Source of the DNA: an uncultured Alphaproteobacteria bacterium
GTDB taxonomy: Bacteria; Pseudomonadota; Alphaproteobacteria; Methylaequorales; Methylaequoraceae
NCBI GenBank assembly: GCA_902579395.1
Contig: CACHGK010000002.1
Location: forward strand, 19,378 to 83,377
DNA: 64,000 bases
Direction of reading: 5' to 3'
Positions 9,134 to 19,370 of the stretch are shown piece by piece. Position 1 is the first letter of the stretch. Each line of letters begins with the position of its first letter. Made by a program: the position numbers and the translations under genes. The notes under the pieces were generated by a model. That model made no database searches, was not told the origin of the DNA, and saw nothing but the letters and a program-made list of their open reading frames with translations.

Positions 9134-9745
9134 ATGAATAAAATTAAGTTTTCAATATTCTTTGCACTTTTAATTTCCATTATCTTACCAATCAATAATC
9201 CATATGCAAGGATTGTTGACACAATTGAAGCTTTGCAAAAAAAATCAATAGGAGATGAAACTGCTCCAATCAAGATGGTCGAATTTGCCTCTCTAACTTG
9301 CGGACATTGTGCAAGATTCCACAATGAAGTATTTCCGTTACTTAAGAAAGACTATATAGACAATGGAAAAATTTTTTTTACGTATCAGGACTTTCCATTA
9401 GATAAATATGCTTTGAAAGCGTCTGTTATAGCAAGATGCTCTGGTAACGAAAAATATTTTAGTTTTCTAAAAGTTTTATATAAAAAACAAAAGGATTGGA
9501 CTAGCGCCCAAGATCCTTTTAAATCACTTTTGAAGATTGCTAAACTGGGGGGGCTTAAAAATGATGAAATCAAAGTTTGTGTTGGAAACAAATCAATAGA
9601 AGATGGAATATTAAAAAACAGATTAAACTCAACTAAAAAGTTTGATATTAAAGCAACTCCTACAATTTATTTAAACGGAGAAAAATATGATGGTGATTTA
9701 ACATATGAAGCTTTAAAACTTAAACTTGATAATTTAATAAATTAA
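9134..9745 (+). CDS. dsbA: DsbA-family periplasmic thiol:disulfide oxidoreductase
   Basis: Signal peptide and a CGHC active site (TCGHCARFH). Confidence 0.8.
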   Translation: MNKIKFSIFFALLISIILPINNPYARIVDTIEALQKKSIGDETAPIKMVEFASLTCGHCARFHNEVFPLLKKDYIDNGKIFFTYQDFPLDKYALKASVIARCSGNEKYFSFLKVLYKKQKDWTSAQDPFKSLLKIAKLGGLKNDEIKVCVGNKSIEDGILKNRLNSTKKFDIKATPTIYLNGEKYDGDLTYEALKLKLDNLIN

Positions 9746-9752
9746 AAAAACT

Positions 9753-12700
9753 TTGTTTACAGTAAATAAATTAAAAATTTCTGGCTTTAAATCATTTGCA
9801 CACCCAACAGAATTATTGATTGAAGAAGGAGTCACAGGAATTGTTGGACCCAATGGTTGTGGAAAATCAAATATCTTTGAAGCAATAAGGTGGGTTATGG
9901 GTGAATCTTCCTCAAAAAGTTTAAGATCTGGTTCAATGGATGATGTAATCTTTAATGGTACTCAAAATATACCTGCAAAAAATTTTGCTGAAGTAACAAT
10001 TGAACTTGATAATTTCTCAGGTGAACTACCAAATAATATAACAAATGAAAAAAAAGTTCTTATCACTAGAACAATTGAAAGAGGCGTTGGATCATTTTAT
10101 AAAATTAATAACAAAGATGTGCGAGCTAAAGATATAAGTCTTCTTTTCTATGATTCAGGTAGTGGACCACGATCGAGTTCTATAATAGGTCAAGGTAATA
10201 TTGACCAAATAATTAATTCCAAACCCATAGACAGAAAAATAATTCTAGAAGACGCGGCTGGAACATCAGGTTTGCAAGCTCGTAGACATGAATCTGAACT
10301 GAAATTACAAGCCACTGAAGACAATCTCGAGAAAATTGATATTAATTTAAACAATTTAAACGATCAGAAAAGAGACTTATCAAGACAAGCAAGACAAGCA
10401 GAGAAGTACGAAAAAATATCTGAGGATATTAAATATTGTCAATCAATAATTGTCTTTACTCAGTGGAAAAGTAATTTAAACGAAATTAAAAAAATTGAAA
10501 ATGATAAGATAAATTTATTAGAAAAAATTAAAGTAATAATGAATAAATTATCAGTGTGTGAGAAAAAAAGAGAAATTCAGAAAGAGAAAATAGTAAATAA
10601 TAACAAAAATAAAGAAGCCTTAAATCAAGAGTTTTTTTCTCTAAGTGGTGAAATAAATAAATACAAAAATCAACTCGAAGGAATAAATAATAAAAAAGAA
10701 GAAGTTAGAAGGTTCCTTCAAACAATTAAAAATGACAAAGAATTAGAAAAGGCAAGATATGAAAAATTAGAGGAGTATATAAGTGAACTTAATAAAAAAA
10801 TATCAAAACCATCCAACACGAACGATAAAAAAAAGAAATTGGCAGTACTAACGAATCAAGAGCTTGATTTAAAAAACGAATTGAAACGTTTAGAAACAAT
10901 TTATGTAAATGAAATGCAACTAAGTCTTGGCGAGGAATTTAAGTCAGATAACTTAAAAGAGAATAGAGAAATACTTGAGAAAAAGTCTAATGAACTTAAA
11001 CAGAATATTCTCGAAATTTCTAAAATTATCTCATTACAAGAAAAAGACTATTATTCAAAAAAGAAATTAAGTCTAACATTTGAAGATAATATTAAAAAAC
11101 TTCATGATCGAATAACTCAAAAAAAAAAAATTATAGGTGAAGCAAATTTAGAGAATAACAAAATGACAATTGAGGTAAAGAGGTTAACAAACGAAATTGA
11201 AATTTCCTCTACAAGACTTACTCAGATTGATACAGAATTAAAGACTCTTAATTTACTTACGAATAATGCTGGGCTATCAAATGATTCAATTGTTAATCTA
11301 ATAAAAATTAAAAAAGGTTTTGAGAATGCAGTTTATGCAGCATTAACAAACGAACTAGATGCGACTCTTTATAATCATCCTAAAAGATGGGTCAATGTCA
11401 GAAAAGGAAATATTAATGAAGTTGAAAATAGTCTTTCTAAATATGTTGAGGGACCAAAAGAGTTGAATCTCATATTGTCTCAAATAGGATTCATTAAAGA
11501 TAGAGAATCCGCCTTAGAAAACCAAAAAAACTTAAAAATTGGTCAATGTTTAGTAGATAAAGAAGGATGTATATGGAGATGGGATGGACTTATATCTGAA
11601 GATAACCTTCAAAAAAAAAAATTAATTGATGCACAACTAAAAATCAAAAAACTTATAAGTGAAAAAAATAAATATGATTTGAGTTTAGATAATCTCCAAA
11701 ACAAAAGGTTAAATCTTCAGAAAAAACAATCCAATTATAATAAAGTTTTAATTGATGAAAATAAAAGTTTAGAGAGAGTTTATAAAGAATCTGATTCGTC
11801 TCAATCTGAATTATCTACTTTAAAAGAAAAACTTTCAATTATGAAGTTTAATATAGAGGATCAAAAAGAAAAAATTACAAATCTGCAGCAAGAATATAAT
11901 GCAACCACTGATGAATTAAACATTTTAAAAAAAAAAGAAATTTCTTCAAATAAAAATGAAAATTCAAAAAAGGAAAAAGATGAGGTGCAAAAAAATATCG
12001 AGGACTTAGATTTAAAAATTGATAAAAACAGAAATGAAATTAATTTAATAAAAGAGCAAATAATGAAAGATGAATTAGATGAAACTTACTCAAAAAATGA
12101 TTTAAAAAAAACAGAAGTCCGGCTTTCAGAATGTAAAAAACAAATTGAGACTCTCAGAGCAAGAGAAATTAATTACATAAATGAAGACAAAAATCTTAAT
12201 AAGTTACCTCAATCAATTAAAAGCAAAATAAATCATTTTCAGGGAATAATAAATGAAGTTGAAAAAAAAATTTCAATAAATCAAGATTATGAAAAACAAG
12301 TTAACGATATTTTGAATGAGACTGACAAAATGATAAATAATTTAAATAGTGATAGAGAATTCAAAATAAATGAAAAAACAAGAATTGATAGTAATCTAGA
12401 AAATTTGAAATCCAAAGACAGTGAATTAAGAAATCTTATCTTTCAAAGATCAAAAATGCAGCCTGAAAAAATTGAGGAAGATATGGAGCAAAATAATAAA
12501 GAAGAGAAAAATTATAATGAAGTTAAAACTCAATTAGATAAATTAATTTTTCAAAGAGAGCAAATGGGTCCAGTAAATTTAAGAGCTAAAATCGAAGAAA
12601 ATATAATTAATAAATCGATAGAGGAATTAGAATTAGAAAAGTACGATTTATCTGAAGCAATTGAAAAACTGAGAATAGCTATCAATAAAATAAATAGAGA

Positions 12701-13187
12701 AGGGAAAAATAGACTACTAAAAGCCTACGAGGAAGTAAATAGCAACTTTTCAGACCTATTTAAAAAACTTTTTAACGGTGGAGAGGCGAGACTTGAATTA
12801 TTAAAATCAGAAGATCCACTTCATACAGGTATAGAAATTTATGCAAGACCTCCTGGCAAAAAATTATCGTCTATAAGTCTTTTATCTGGAGGTGAAAAAG
12901 CTTTAACAGCCATTTCGTTAATTTTTTCAATCTTTTTGATAAATCCCTCTCCAATATGTATTCTTGATGAAGTCGACGCAGCTCTTGATGAACCAAACGT
13001 TGAGAAATTTTGCAATTTACTTCTTGAACTCAAAAAAGAGACTAAAACCAGGTTTTTAATTATTACTCATCACAAGGTAACCATGACTTCAATCGACAGA
13101 GTTTACGGTATAACAATGGCTCAAAAGGGTATTTCAGATATTGTTTCTGTTGACTTTGAAAAAATCAATTTTAAAGAAGCTGTTTGA
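9753..13187 (+). CDS. smc: Chromosome segregation protein SMC
   Basis: 1144 aa. N-terminal Walker A (GPNGCGKSN), long coiled-coil arms and a C-terminal ABC signature (LSGGEKALTAISL…ILDEVDAALD). Confidence 0.9.
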   Translation: MFTVNKLKISGFKSFAHPTELLIEEGVTGIVGPNGCGKSNIFEAIRWVMGESSSKSLRSGSMDDVIFNGTQNIPAKNFAEVTIELDNFSGELPNNITNEKKVLITRTIERGVGSFYKINNKDVRAKDISLLFYDSGSGPRSSSIIGQGNIDQIINSKPIDRKIILEDAAGTSGLQARRHESELKLQATEDNLEKIDINLNNLNDQKRDLSRQARQAEKYEKISEDIKYCQSIIVFTQWKSNLNEIKKIENDKINLLEKIKVIMNKLSVCEKKREIQKEKIVNNNKNKEALNQEFFSLSGEINKYKNQLEGINNKKEEVRRFLQTIKNDKELEKARYEKLEEYISELNKKISKPSNTNDKKKKLAVLTNQELDLKNELKRLETIYVNEMQLSLGEEFKSDNLKENREILEKKSNELKQNILEISKIISLQEKDYYSKKKLSLTFEDNIKKLHDRITQKKKIIGEANLENNKMTIEVKRLTNEIEISSTRLTQIDTELKTLNLLTNNAGLSNDSIVNLIKIKKGFENAVYAALTNELDATLYNHPKRWVNVRKGNINEVENSLSKYVEGPKELNLILSQIGFIKDRESALENQKNLKIGQCLVDKEGCIWRWDGLISEDNLQKKKLIDAQLKIKKLISEKNKYDLSLDNLQNKRLNLQKKQSNYNKVLIDENKSLERVYKESDSSQSELSTLKEKLSIMKFNIEDQKEKITNLQQEYNATTDELNILKKKEISSNKNENSKKEKDEVQKNIEDLDLKIDKNRNEINLIKEQIMKDELDETYSKNDLKKTEVRLSECKKQIETLRAREINYINEDKNLNKLPQSIKSKINHFQGIINEVEKKISINQDYEKQVNDILNETDKMINNLNSDREFKINEKTRIDSNLENLKSKDSELRNLIFQRSKMQPEKIEEDMEQNNKEEKNYNEVKTQLDKLIFQREQMGPVNLRAKIEENIINKSIEELELEKYDLSEAIEKLRIAINKINREGKNRLLKAYEEVNSNFSDLFKKLFNGGEARLELLKSEDPLHTGIEIYARPPGKKLSSISLLSGGEKALTAISLIFSIFLINPSPICILDEVDAALDEPNVEKFCNLLLELKKETKTRFLIITHHKVTMTSIDRVYGITMAQKGISDIVSVDFEKINFKEAV

Positions 13188-13450
13188 TGTCAGATAAATG
13201 TAGAAAAAAAATAAATAAAAAAATTAAAACAATCAAAGCCAGTCAAAGAGAAAATAAATCAGGATACAGTTTAGGAATCAAAATCTCTATTGATTTAGTA
13301 GCTGCGATAATTACAGGGTCCATTATCGGCTTAGGACTGGATAAATTTTTTTCAACTAAACCTATATTTTTTTTAATTTTTTTGGTATTAGGAATTATTA
13401 CAGGTTTTTATTCCCTATATAAATCTGTTAAAAATCTTAATCAAATGTAA
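13184..13450 (+). CDS. atpI: ATP synthase protein I (AtpI)
   Basis: 88-aa hydrophobic protein immediately upstream of atpB. Its start overlaps the smc stop by 4 nt. Confidence 0.6.
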   Translation: MMSDKCRKKINKKIKTIKASQRENKSGYSLGIKISIDLVAAIITGSIIGLGLDKFFSTKPIFFLIFLVLGIITGFYSLYKSVKNLNQM

Positions 13451-13460
13451 GGAGATTTTC

Positions 13461-14201
13461 TTGGCAAGCCCTTTAGCTCAATTTGAGATAAAAAAAATAA
13501 TTGAATTGGATCTCTACGGTTATGATATCTCATTTACAAATTCCTCTCTAGCAATGACGTTCACCGTTATAGCAATCTCATTGTTTTTATATTTAGGAAT
13601 AAAAAACTTAAATATTATACCTTCAAAATCTCAAACTTTGGTAGAAAGCACATTCGAATTTATTTCAAGTATGATTAACGATAATATTGGGAAAGAGGGC
13701 ATGAAATACTTTTCTTTCATATTTACACTCTTCCTATTTATTCTAATTGGTAATTTATTAGGAATGCTTCCATTTAGTTTTACGTGGACAAGTCATATTA
13801 TTGTTACTTTTTCCATTGCATTCTTTATATTTCTTGCTGTCACATTTATAGCAATTTATAGACATGGGCTATTAAAATTTATACAATTTTTTGCGCCCTC
13901 TGGAGTACCTAAGCCTATGTTAATATTGTTGGTTCCAATTGAGATAATATCCTATCTATCAAGGCCAATAAGTCTATCGGTAAGACTGTTCGCAAATATG
14001 ATGGCTGGACACACTCTACTAAAAGTGATTGGTAGCTTTGTTTTTGTACTAGGAGCTAACAGCTTTATAATAGGAGGAATTTTGCCTTTGGCATTTTTAA
14101 TTGCCTTGACTGGTTTAGAAATTGTCATTGCATTTCTTCAAGCATATGTATTTGCAATATTAACTTGTTTATATATTAATGATGCAATACATTTACATTA
14201 A
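13461..14201 (+). CDS. atpB: F0F1 ATP synthase subunit a
   Basis: TTG start after an AAGGAG ribosome-binding site. The conserved LSLSVRLFANMMAGH motif is present. Confidence 0.9.
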   Translation: MASPLAQFEIKKIIELDLYGYDISFTNSSLAMTFTVIAISLFLYLGIKNLNIIPSKSQTLVESTFEFISSMINDNIGKEGMKYFSFIFTLFLFILIGNLLGMLPFSFTWTSHIIVTFSIAFFIFLAVTFIAIYRHGLLKFIQFFAPSGVPKPMLILLVPIEIISYLSRPISLSVRLFANMMAGHTLLKVIGSFVFVLGANSFIIGGILPLAFLIALTGLEIVIAFLQAYVFAILTCLYINDAIHLH

Positions 14202-14227
14202 AATTTAACTATCAAGGAGAAATAATT

Positions 14228-14455
14228 ATGGATATGGAATCTGCAAAACTTTTGGGAGCTGGTATAGCGGTCTTGGGTGTTATTGGTTCAGGAATTGGAA
14301 TAGGCTCTATTTTTGCCGCATTTATATCAGCAGTGGGTAGAAACCCAGAGGCTAGAGAACATGTTTTTACGATGACAATGCTAGGCTTTGCTCTAGTTGA
14401 GGCTCTTGCATTATTTGCATTAATCATAGCGCTGCTTCTACTTTTTGTTTTTTAA
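14228..14455 (+). CDS. atpE: F0F1 ATP synthase subunit c
   Basis: 75-aa hairpin protein carrying the proton-binding E in the ALVEALALFAL context. Confidence 0.9.
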   Translation: MDMESAKLLGAGIAVLGVIGSGIGIGSIFAAFISAVGRNPEAREHVFTMTMLGFALVEALALFALIIALLLLFVF

Positions 14456-15009
14456 TGGCTAGATGTGCCTTCTTATCTGTGATTTTTTTTGCAGAAATCA
14501 CAAGAGCAGCTGACGGTAAGGGTGGGATGCCTCAGCTAAATCCCGAGTCATTTTTTTCTCAAATCTTTTGGCTTACACTTTTATTTGTTTTTTTATTTTC
14601 AGTTATACATTACTTCTTTCTTCCAAAAATATTGAAAATCAGAAAGGAAAGAGATGAAACAATAAACAATTACCTAAATGAAGCAAAGAAAATAAATGAC
14701 TCAATTAATTTGATAATTGATGAAATGGAGAAAGATTTTAATAATGCAAAAAATCGACAATCCTCTGAATTGAATAAAGCTTTAGAAGAAAATAAAATAA
14801 AATTAAGTAAAAGAGTTGCAGAAATTAATGAAGAGTTTGAAGAAAAGAAAGTTCAATTAGATATAGACATAAATAAAAATCGAGACTCTATAACCTCTAA
14901 TTTACCTTCAATTTGTGTCAAACTTTCAGATATTTTGTATGAAAAAATTATGAAAGACAAAAAAAAAGGAAACATAAATGAATTTCAAAAAATTATTGGG
15001 GAAAAATAA
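14455..15009 (+). CDS. atpF2: F0F1 ATP synthase subunit b'
   Basis: Single transmembrane segment followed by a coiled coil. The MPQLNPESFFSQIFWLTLLF region is typical of b'. The start may be the ATG overlapping the atpE stop at 14455, or the internal MPQL Met at 14527. Confidence 0.75.
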   Translation: MARCAFLSVIFFAEITRAADGKGGMPQLNPESFFSQIFWLTLLFVFLFSVIHYFFLPKILKIRKERDETINNYLNEAKKINDSINLIIDEMEKDFNNAKNRQSSELNKALEENKIKLSKRVAEINEEFEEKKVQLDIDINKNRDSITSNLPSICVKLSDILYEKIMKDKKKGNINEFQKIIGEK

Positions 15010-15503
15010 TGAATTTTAATTTCTTGGACAATTCTACTTTATGGGTTGCAATATCCTTTATTTTGTTTGTAATTTTAGTATTTAAACCTTTACTAAATCA
15101 GTTCTCAGTAGGGTTAGAAAATAAAATAGAGGAATTAAAAAAAAGTATCAATGAATCTAAGACATTAAAATTGGAAGCTGAAAAAATGTTCAAGTTACAG
15201 TTAGATAAGCAAAAAGAAAATATTAAATTGATCAAAAGAATAGAAGATGAAACAAAAAATGAAATCAAAAATATTAAGTTTCAATTAGATAAGGAAATCG
15301 AACAAAATATGCTAAGGAAAATAAATAATTACAGTCAGTTATCATCTCAAATGGAGAGTAAATTAAAAGACGAATTAAAAAATGAAATAATTGAAAATGT
15401 GATTAAATATACAGAATTTAGAATCAAAAATAACTTATCAAAAAAATTCAATGAAGATTTAATTGATGATTCTTTAAAAAATATTCCTAAACAACTATTT
15501 TAA
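15009..15503 (+). CDS. atpF: F0F1 ATP synthase subunit b
   Basis: 164 aa with an N-terminal transmembrane segment and a coiled coil. It is translationally coupled to b'. Confidence 0.75.
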   Translation: MNFNFLDNSTLWVAISFILFVILVFKPLLNQFSVGLENKIEELKKSINESKTLKLEAEKMFKLQLDKQKENIKLIKRIEDETKNEIKNIKFQLDKEIEQNMLRKINNYSQLSSQMESKLKDELKNEIIENVIKYTEFRIKNNLSKKFNEDLIDDSLKNIPKQLF

Positions 15504-15509
15504 TTTAAA

Positions 15510-16475
15510 ATGGCTGTACACACAGAATTATCCAAAGCCAATATAAATCAAATTTTAGAAAATTATAACCTAGGACAATTGAAAGACTTCAAAGGTATAA
15601 AAGAAGGTATTGAAAATACAAACTATCTATTAGTAACAACAACAAATAAATATATTATAACTATCTTCGAAAAAAGAGTAGACACATCTCAGATTCCTTT
15701 TTTTTTTGAAATTATGCGTAACTCAAACACTAGTGGAATTGAATGTCCAGTTCCATTAAAAAACAAAAATGGTAAATATGTAAGTAAAATAAAAAATAAA
15801 AAAATGTCTATTTTTCTATTTTTAGAAGGTAGTTCAAAAAATGAATGGTCAGTAGAAAATTGTTTTGATATTGGTAAAAAATTGGCTAATTTCCATTTAG
15901 CAAATAAGAATAATAAATTGTATTCTGTAAATAAATTTTCCAAAGAATTTTGGCAACAATTTTTTATAAATAATAAAAATAAATTAAATGATGTGATCCC
16001 TAATTGCTTTGAAATTATAAGAAAAGAAATAGATTTTATATCTCTTAATTGGCCAGATAATCTTCCAAAAGGAATCATTCATGCTGATTTATTTCCTGAT
16101 AATGTTTTTTTTAAAGATAATAAAATATCTGGATTTCTTGACTTTTATTTTTCCTGCAATGATTTTTTTTCTTATGATCTTGCAATAACGGTAAACGCAT
16201 GGTGTTTTAAGGATAAAAAATTTAATAAAAAATTTTTTATCAGTTTAATCTCAGGTTATCAGTCCATCAGAAAATTAGAGAAATTAGAAAAAGATAAATT
16301 CAATGTGCTTCTTAGGGGAGCCTCCCTGAGATTTCTATTTACAAGAATCCATGACCAAATTAATAGTATTGAAAATAAATTTCTAAATAAAAAAGATCCA
16401 ATGGAATTTTTTAAAATTTTGTATTTTCATATTAATAAACCACAAGAACTCTGTTTTGAACAATTTAGATTATAA
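15510..16475 (+). CDS. thrB: Homoserine kinase type II (aminoglycoside phosphotransferase fold)
   Basis: HADLFPDN catalytic-loop motif. The position between atpF and rnhA matches the alphaproteobacterial APH-type ThrB. Confidence 0.7.
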   Translation: MAVHTELSKANINQILENYNLGQLKDFKGIKEGIENTNYLLVTTTNKYIITIFEKRVDTSQIPFFFEIMRNSNTSGIECPVPLKNKNGKYVSKIKNKKMSIFLFLEGSSKNEWSVENCFDIGKKLANFHLANKNNKLYSVNKFSKEFWQQFFINNKNKLNDVIPNCFEIIRKEIDFISLNWPDNLPKGIIHADLFPDNVFFKDNKISGFLDFYFSCNDFFSYDLAITVNAWCFKDKKFNKKFFISLISGYQSIRKLEKLEKDKFNVLLRGASLRFLFTRIHDQINSIENKFLNKKDPMEFFKILYFHINKPQELCFEQFRL

Positions 16476-16905
16476 AATTTATACAGATGGTGCATGTTTG
16501 CGCAATCCTGGACCAGGAGGATGGGCAGTTTTAATTATATCTACAAATCAATCGAAAGAAAAAAAATTTGGTGGTGAATCTTACACAACTAATAATAGGA
16601 TGGAATTGACAGCAGTAATTCAAGCTTTAAAGTCTATTCCAATTAAAAGCACCTTAGCTTTATACACGGATAGTAAATATGTGATTAATGGGATAAATAC
16701 TTGGATAGTCAATTGGAAGAAATCAAAATGGATTGGATCAAATAAAAAGGAAGTAAAAAATAAAGATTTGTGGATCGAATTAGATACATTAATCCAAGAT
16801 TTTAATATTCAGTGGAATTGGGTTAAAGGACACAGCGGGGATACCAATAATGAGGTTGTCGACAAACTGGCAAGAAATGAAGCACTAAAATTAGATCTCA
16901 GTTAA
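16456..16905 (+). CDS. rnhA: Ribonuclease HI
   Basis: IYTDGACLRNPGPGGWAVLI, TNNRMEL and HSGDTNNEVVDKLA match the RNase H active-site residues. Confidence 0.85.
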   Translation: MNNLDYKIYTDGACLRNPGPGGWAVLIISTNQSKEKKFGGESYTTNNRMELTAVIQALKSIPIKSTLALYTDSKYVINGINTWIVNWKKSKWIGSNKKEVKNKDLWIELDTLIQDFNIQWNWVKGHSGDTNNEVVDKLARNEALKLDLS

Positions 16906-17370
16906 TACATTTTCAGCCTTACTAATATTAAGACCAGGACTTCCTTCATTGAAAATTTTCTTCACTATCCCATTCTCTACTAAAATTGCAAATCTTGTGA
17001 ATCTTTTTCCTAGACCAGCACTAGATAGATCTATTTCAAATCCACTTTTTTTTCTGAATTCGCCATTTCCATCTGAAATAAACTCAATACCACTTTCCTC
17101 GAATCCTTTACTCCAAGACTTGACCACAAATGGATCGTTTGGGGTAACAAAGATAACTTTGTCAACGCCTTTTTGTTTAAAAGCCTCCATTGATTTAGCA
17201 TAGCCCGGCAGATGTTCTTCACTACAAGTCGGAGTAAATGCTCCAGGCACACCAACTAACAACACCTTTTTATCACCAAAAAGCTCTGAAGACTTAATGA
17301 TCTGGGGACCAGACTCTGTCATTTGAAAAAAATTATTTTCAGGAAAAATATCATCTACATTAATTGTCAT
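16891..17370 (-). CDS. Peroxiredoxin (Prx5-like, AhpC/TSA family)
   Basis: VPGAFTPTCS peroxidatic-cysteine motif; 159 aa. Confidence 0.8.
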   Translation of the reverse strand: MTINVDDIFPENNFFQMTESGPQIIKSSELFGDKKVLLVGVPGAFTPTCSEEHLPGYAKSMEAFKQKGVDKVIFVTPNDPFVVKSWSKGFEESGIEFISDGNGEFRKKSGFEIDLSSAGLGKRFTRFAILVENGIVKKIFNEGSPGLNISKAENVLTEI

Positions 17371-19322
17371 TTTACACCTACTTTAAAAAATTCACTCACT
17401 ACAATATCGTTAGATATTATTTCTGGCAACAGAATTCCATCTTTATTATCTGGTCCATAAATTACATTTACAGGAATACCAAATCTTCCAAAATTTTTAA
17501 TATATTCAAGAATCTTGGTATCTTTTTGAGTCCAATCAGCCCTAATTGTCACAATATTATTTTTTCTTGTAAAGTTTAAGAATTTATTAGAACTGAAAGT
17601 TGTAATTTTGTTAACCTGACATGTAACACACCAGTCAGCTGTAACATCAACTATAATGAACTCATCATTTTTTAAATTTTTTTCCAAAAATTCTTTATCA
17701 AAATCATGCCACAAGATTTTTTCATTACTATATTTATTGTTAAGTAAAATATAAATACTTGATATCAAAAAAGAGAAGAATATTAATTTTTTAAAAGTAT
17801 TCTTTCCTCTAATATAAGAAAAATAAAGAATAACAGTAGAGAACAAAAAAATAAGCTTTTCATCAATCTTTATCAAAGTCATCATCCAGATTGCTGACAA
17901 AAAAAGCAAAAAACCTAAAAAATATTTGAAGTTTATCATCCAATTTCCGGGCTTGGGGAAAAAGTTTATAATATTTGGAAAAATAAAACATAGAAAATAG
18001 GGAACCGAAAAACCAAAAGAGATGCTCAAAAAAATAATTATTACTTCAAAATTCGCTGCTAACATTGAAAATCCTACCGCTGTCCCAAGAAAAGGTGCGC
18101 TGCATGGAGTAGCTAATAAAGTGGCGAATGCTCCAGATAAGAACTGATTTATCTCACCCTTTGATCCTAAAAATTTATTAATCTTATTGTTTAACGAATT
18201 AGGTAAAATAATTTCAAAAAAACCTAAAAGATTAAGACTAAAAAGAAAAATAATAAAGGTAATAATAAAAAGAAAGTACGTGTTTTGAAATTGAAATCCC
18301 CAACCTACGGTTTCTCCAAAAAGTTTAAAAAATATTACTGATAAAGCTAAACATAAGAATGAAAAGAAAATTCCGAGAATAATATAAAAACAGTTAGAGC
18401 GTATTTTTTTGGGATTAGAGTTTTGAATTGATGAAAAATGATAAAGCTTTAAAGACAGCACTGGAAGCACACAAGGCATAAAATTTAAGATTATACCCCC
18501 TAATATTGCTAACGTAATAAAATAAAATAAGCTTTGTTTATTCGAATTTTTTGGCCAGAAAACAATCTCCTCAAATGCATTTCCATCCGAAATAGAAATA
18601 TGTAGAGGTTTTTTTAAGCTTTCTATATCTTGATCTGATATTATTTTATAAAGTGACCTGGATCTTTTGAAATTTTCGTCAACTTTAATATTTGTTTCTT
18701 CAGAAAAACCAAAAACTTTTAGTTCGTCTTTCTTGTTTTGATTTGTAATTTTAATTACCAAGCCATCTTTTTCTGAAATATCAAATTGATTTATAGTGAA
18801 AATCTTACTTTGTTTTTTGGGTACTGTTTCAAAACTTTGGATAAATTCTTTTGAGGATTCTACTTTCTCACTTCCCAACTCTAATACTTTACTCGAAGTA
18901 ACTGGAATACAGATATCTTTACAAACTAAGTAGTCGATTTTAATTTTCTGTTTAGATGAATTTAAATCTTCGGGATTAAACCTTACTGGAAAGATTATTT
19001 TTTCTTCATAACCAATAGTTCTCAGTCCTTTTTCCGTAAATTTTTTTGGAAATGGATAAAGAATCTCAAATTTTTGGCTTCCATCATTTTTTTCTAATTC
19101 AAGGTTTAACGGAGCACCAGAATCTCCAGGATTCTTCCAGTAAGTTTTCCACCCTTTTGCTAATTTTAATTTAATTCCAAAAAAATGTTCTTCATCTATT
19201 ACGAAGGAACCTTTTTGAGGTATTATTTCTAAATTAGCAGGATTTTCTTTGGAGACAAATTCAAGTGCAGATGAAGTTCCAGTATAAAAAATCAAAATAA
19301 AGTAAATAAAAAGTAAAAACAT
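17367..19322 (-). CDS. dsbD: Thiol:disulfide interchange protein DsbD
   Basis: Periplasmic N-domain, multi-transmembrane core with conserved Cys (MPCVLPVLSLK), and a C-terminal thioredoxin domain WCVTCQ. Confidence 0.8.
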   Translation of the reverse strand: MFLLFIYFILIFYTGTSSALEFVSKENPANLEIIPQKGSFVIDEEHFFGIKLKLAKGWKTYWKNPGDSGAPLNLELEKNDGSQKFEILYPFPKKFTEKGLRTIGYEEKIIFPVRFNPEDLNSSKQKIKIDYLVCKDICIPVTSSKVLELGSEKVESSKEFIQSFETVPKKQSKIFTINQFDISEKDGLVIKITNQNKKDELKVFGFSEETNIKVDENFKRSRSLYKIISDQDIESLKKPLHISISDGNAFEEIVFWPKNSNKQSLFYFITLAILGGIILNFMPCVLPVLSLKLYHFSSIQNSNPKKIRSNCFYIILGIFFSFLCLALSVIFFKLFGETVGWGFQFQNTYFLFIITFIIFLFSLNLLGFFEIILPNSLNNKINKFLGSKGEINQFLSGAFATLLATPCSAPFLGTAVGFSMLAANFEVIIIFLSISFGFSVPYFLCFIFPNIINFFPKPGNWMINFKYFLGFLLFLSAIWMMTLIKIDEKLIFLFSTVILYFSYIRGKNTFKKLIFFSFLISSIYILLNNKYSNEKILWHDFDKEFLEKNLKNDEFIIVDVTADWCVTCQVNKITTFSSNKFLNFTRKNNIVTIRADWTQKDTKILEYIKNFGRFGIPVNVIYGPDNKDGILLPEIISNDIVVSEFFKVGVK

Positions 19323-19370
19323 TATTCTTAATAAATTGAATTAAAAAAAATTATCTGTAATAATTTATAT

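Noticed and set aside
14212-14427. 71-aa minus-strand ORF antisense to atpE
   Set aside because: It overlaps the highly conserved c-subunit gene completely. It is an antisense reading of G/A-rich codons with no independent support.
14455-14526. N-terminal 24 codons of the atpF' ORF (MARCAFLSVIFFAEITRAADGKGG) as a separate leader peptide
   Set aside because: It is more simply an N-terminal extension of b' (alphaproteobacterial b and b' often have extensions before the conserved MPQL/FPPFD segment), or an alternative start. There is no stop separating it from the body of the gene.
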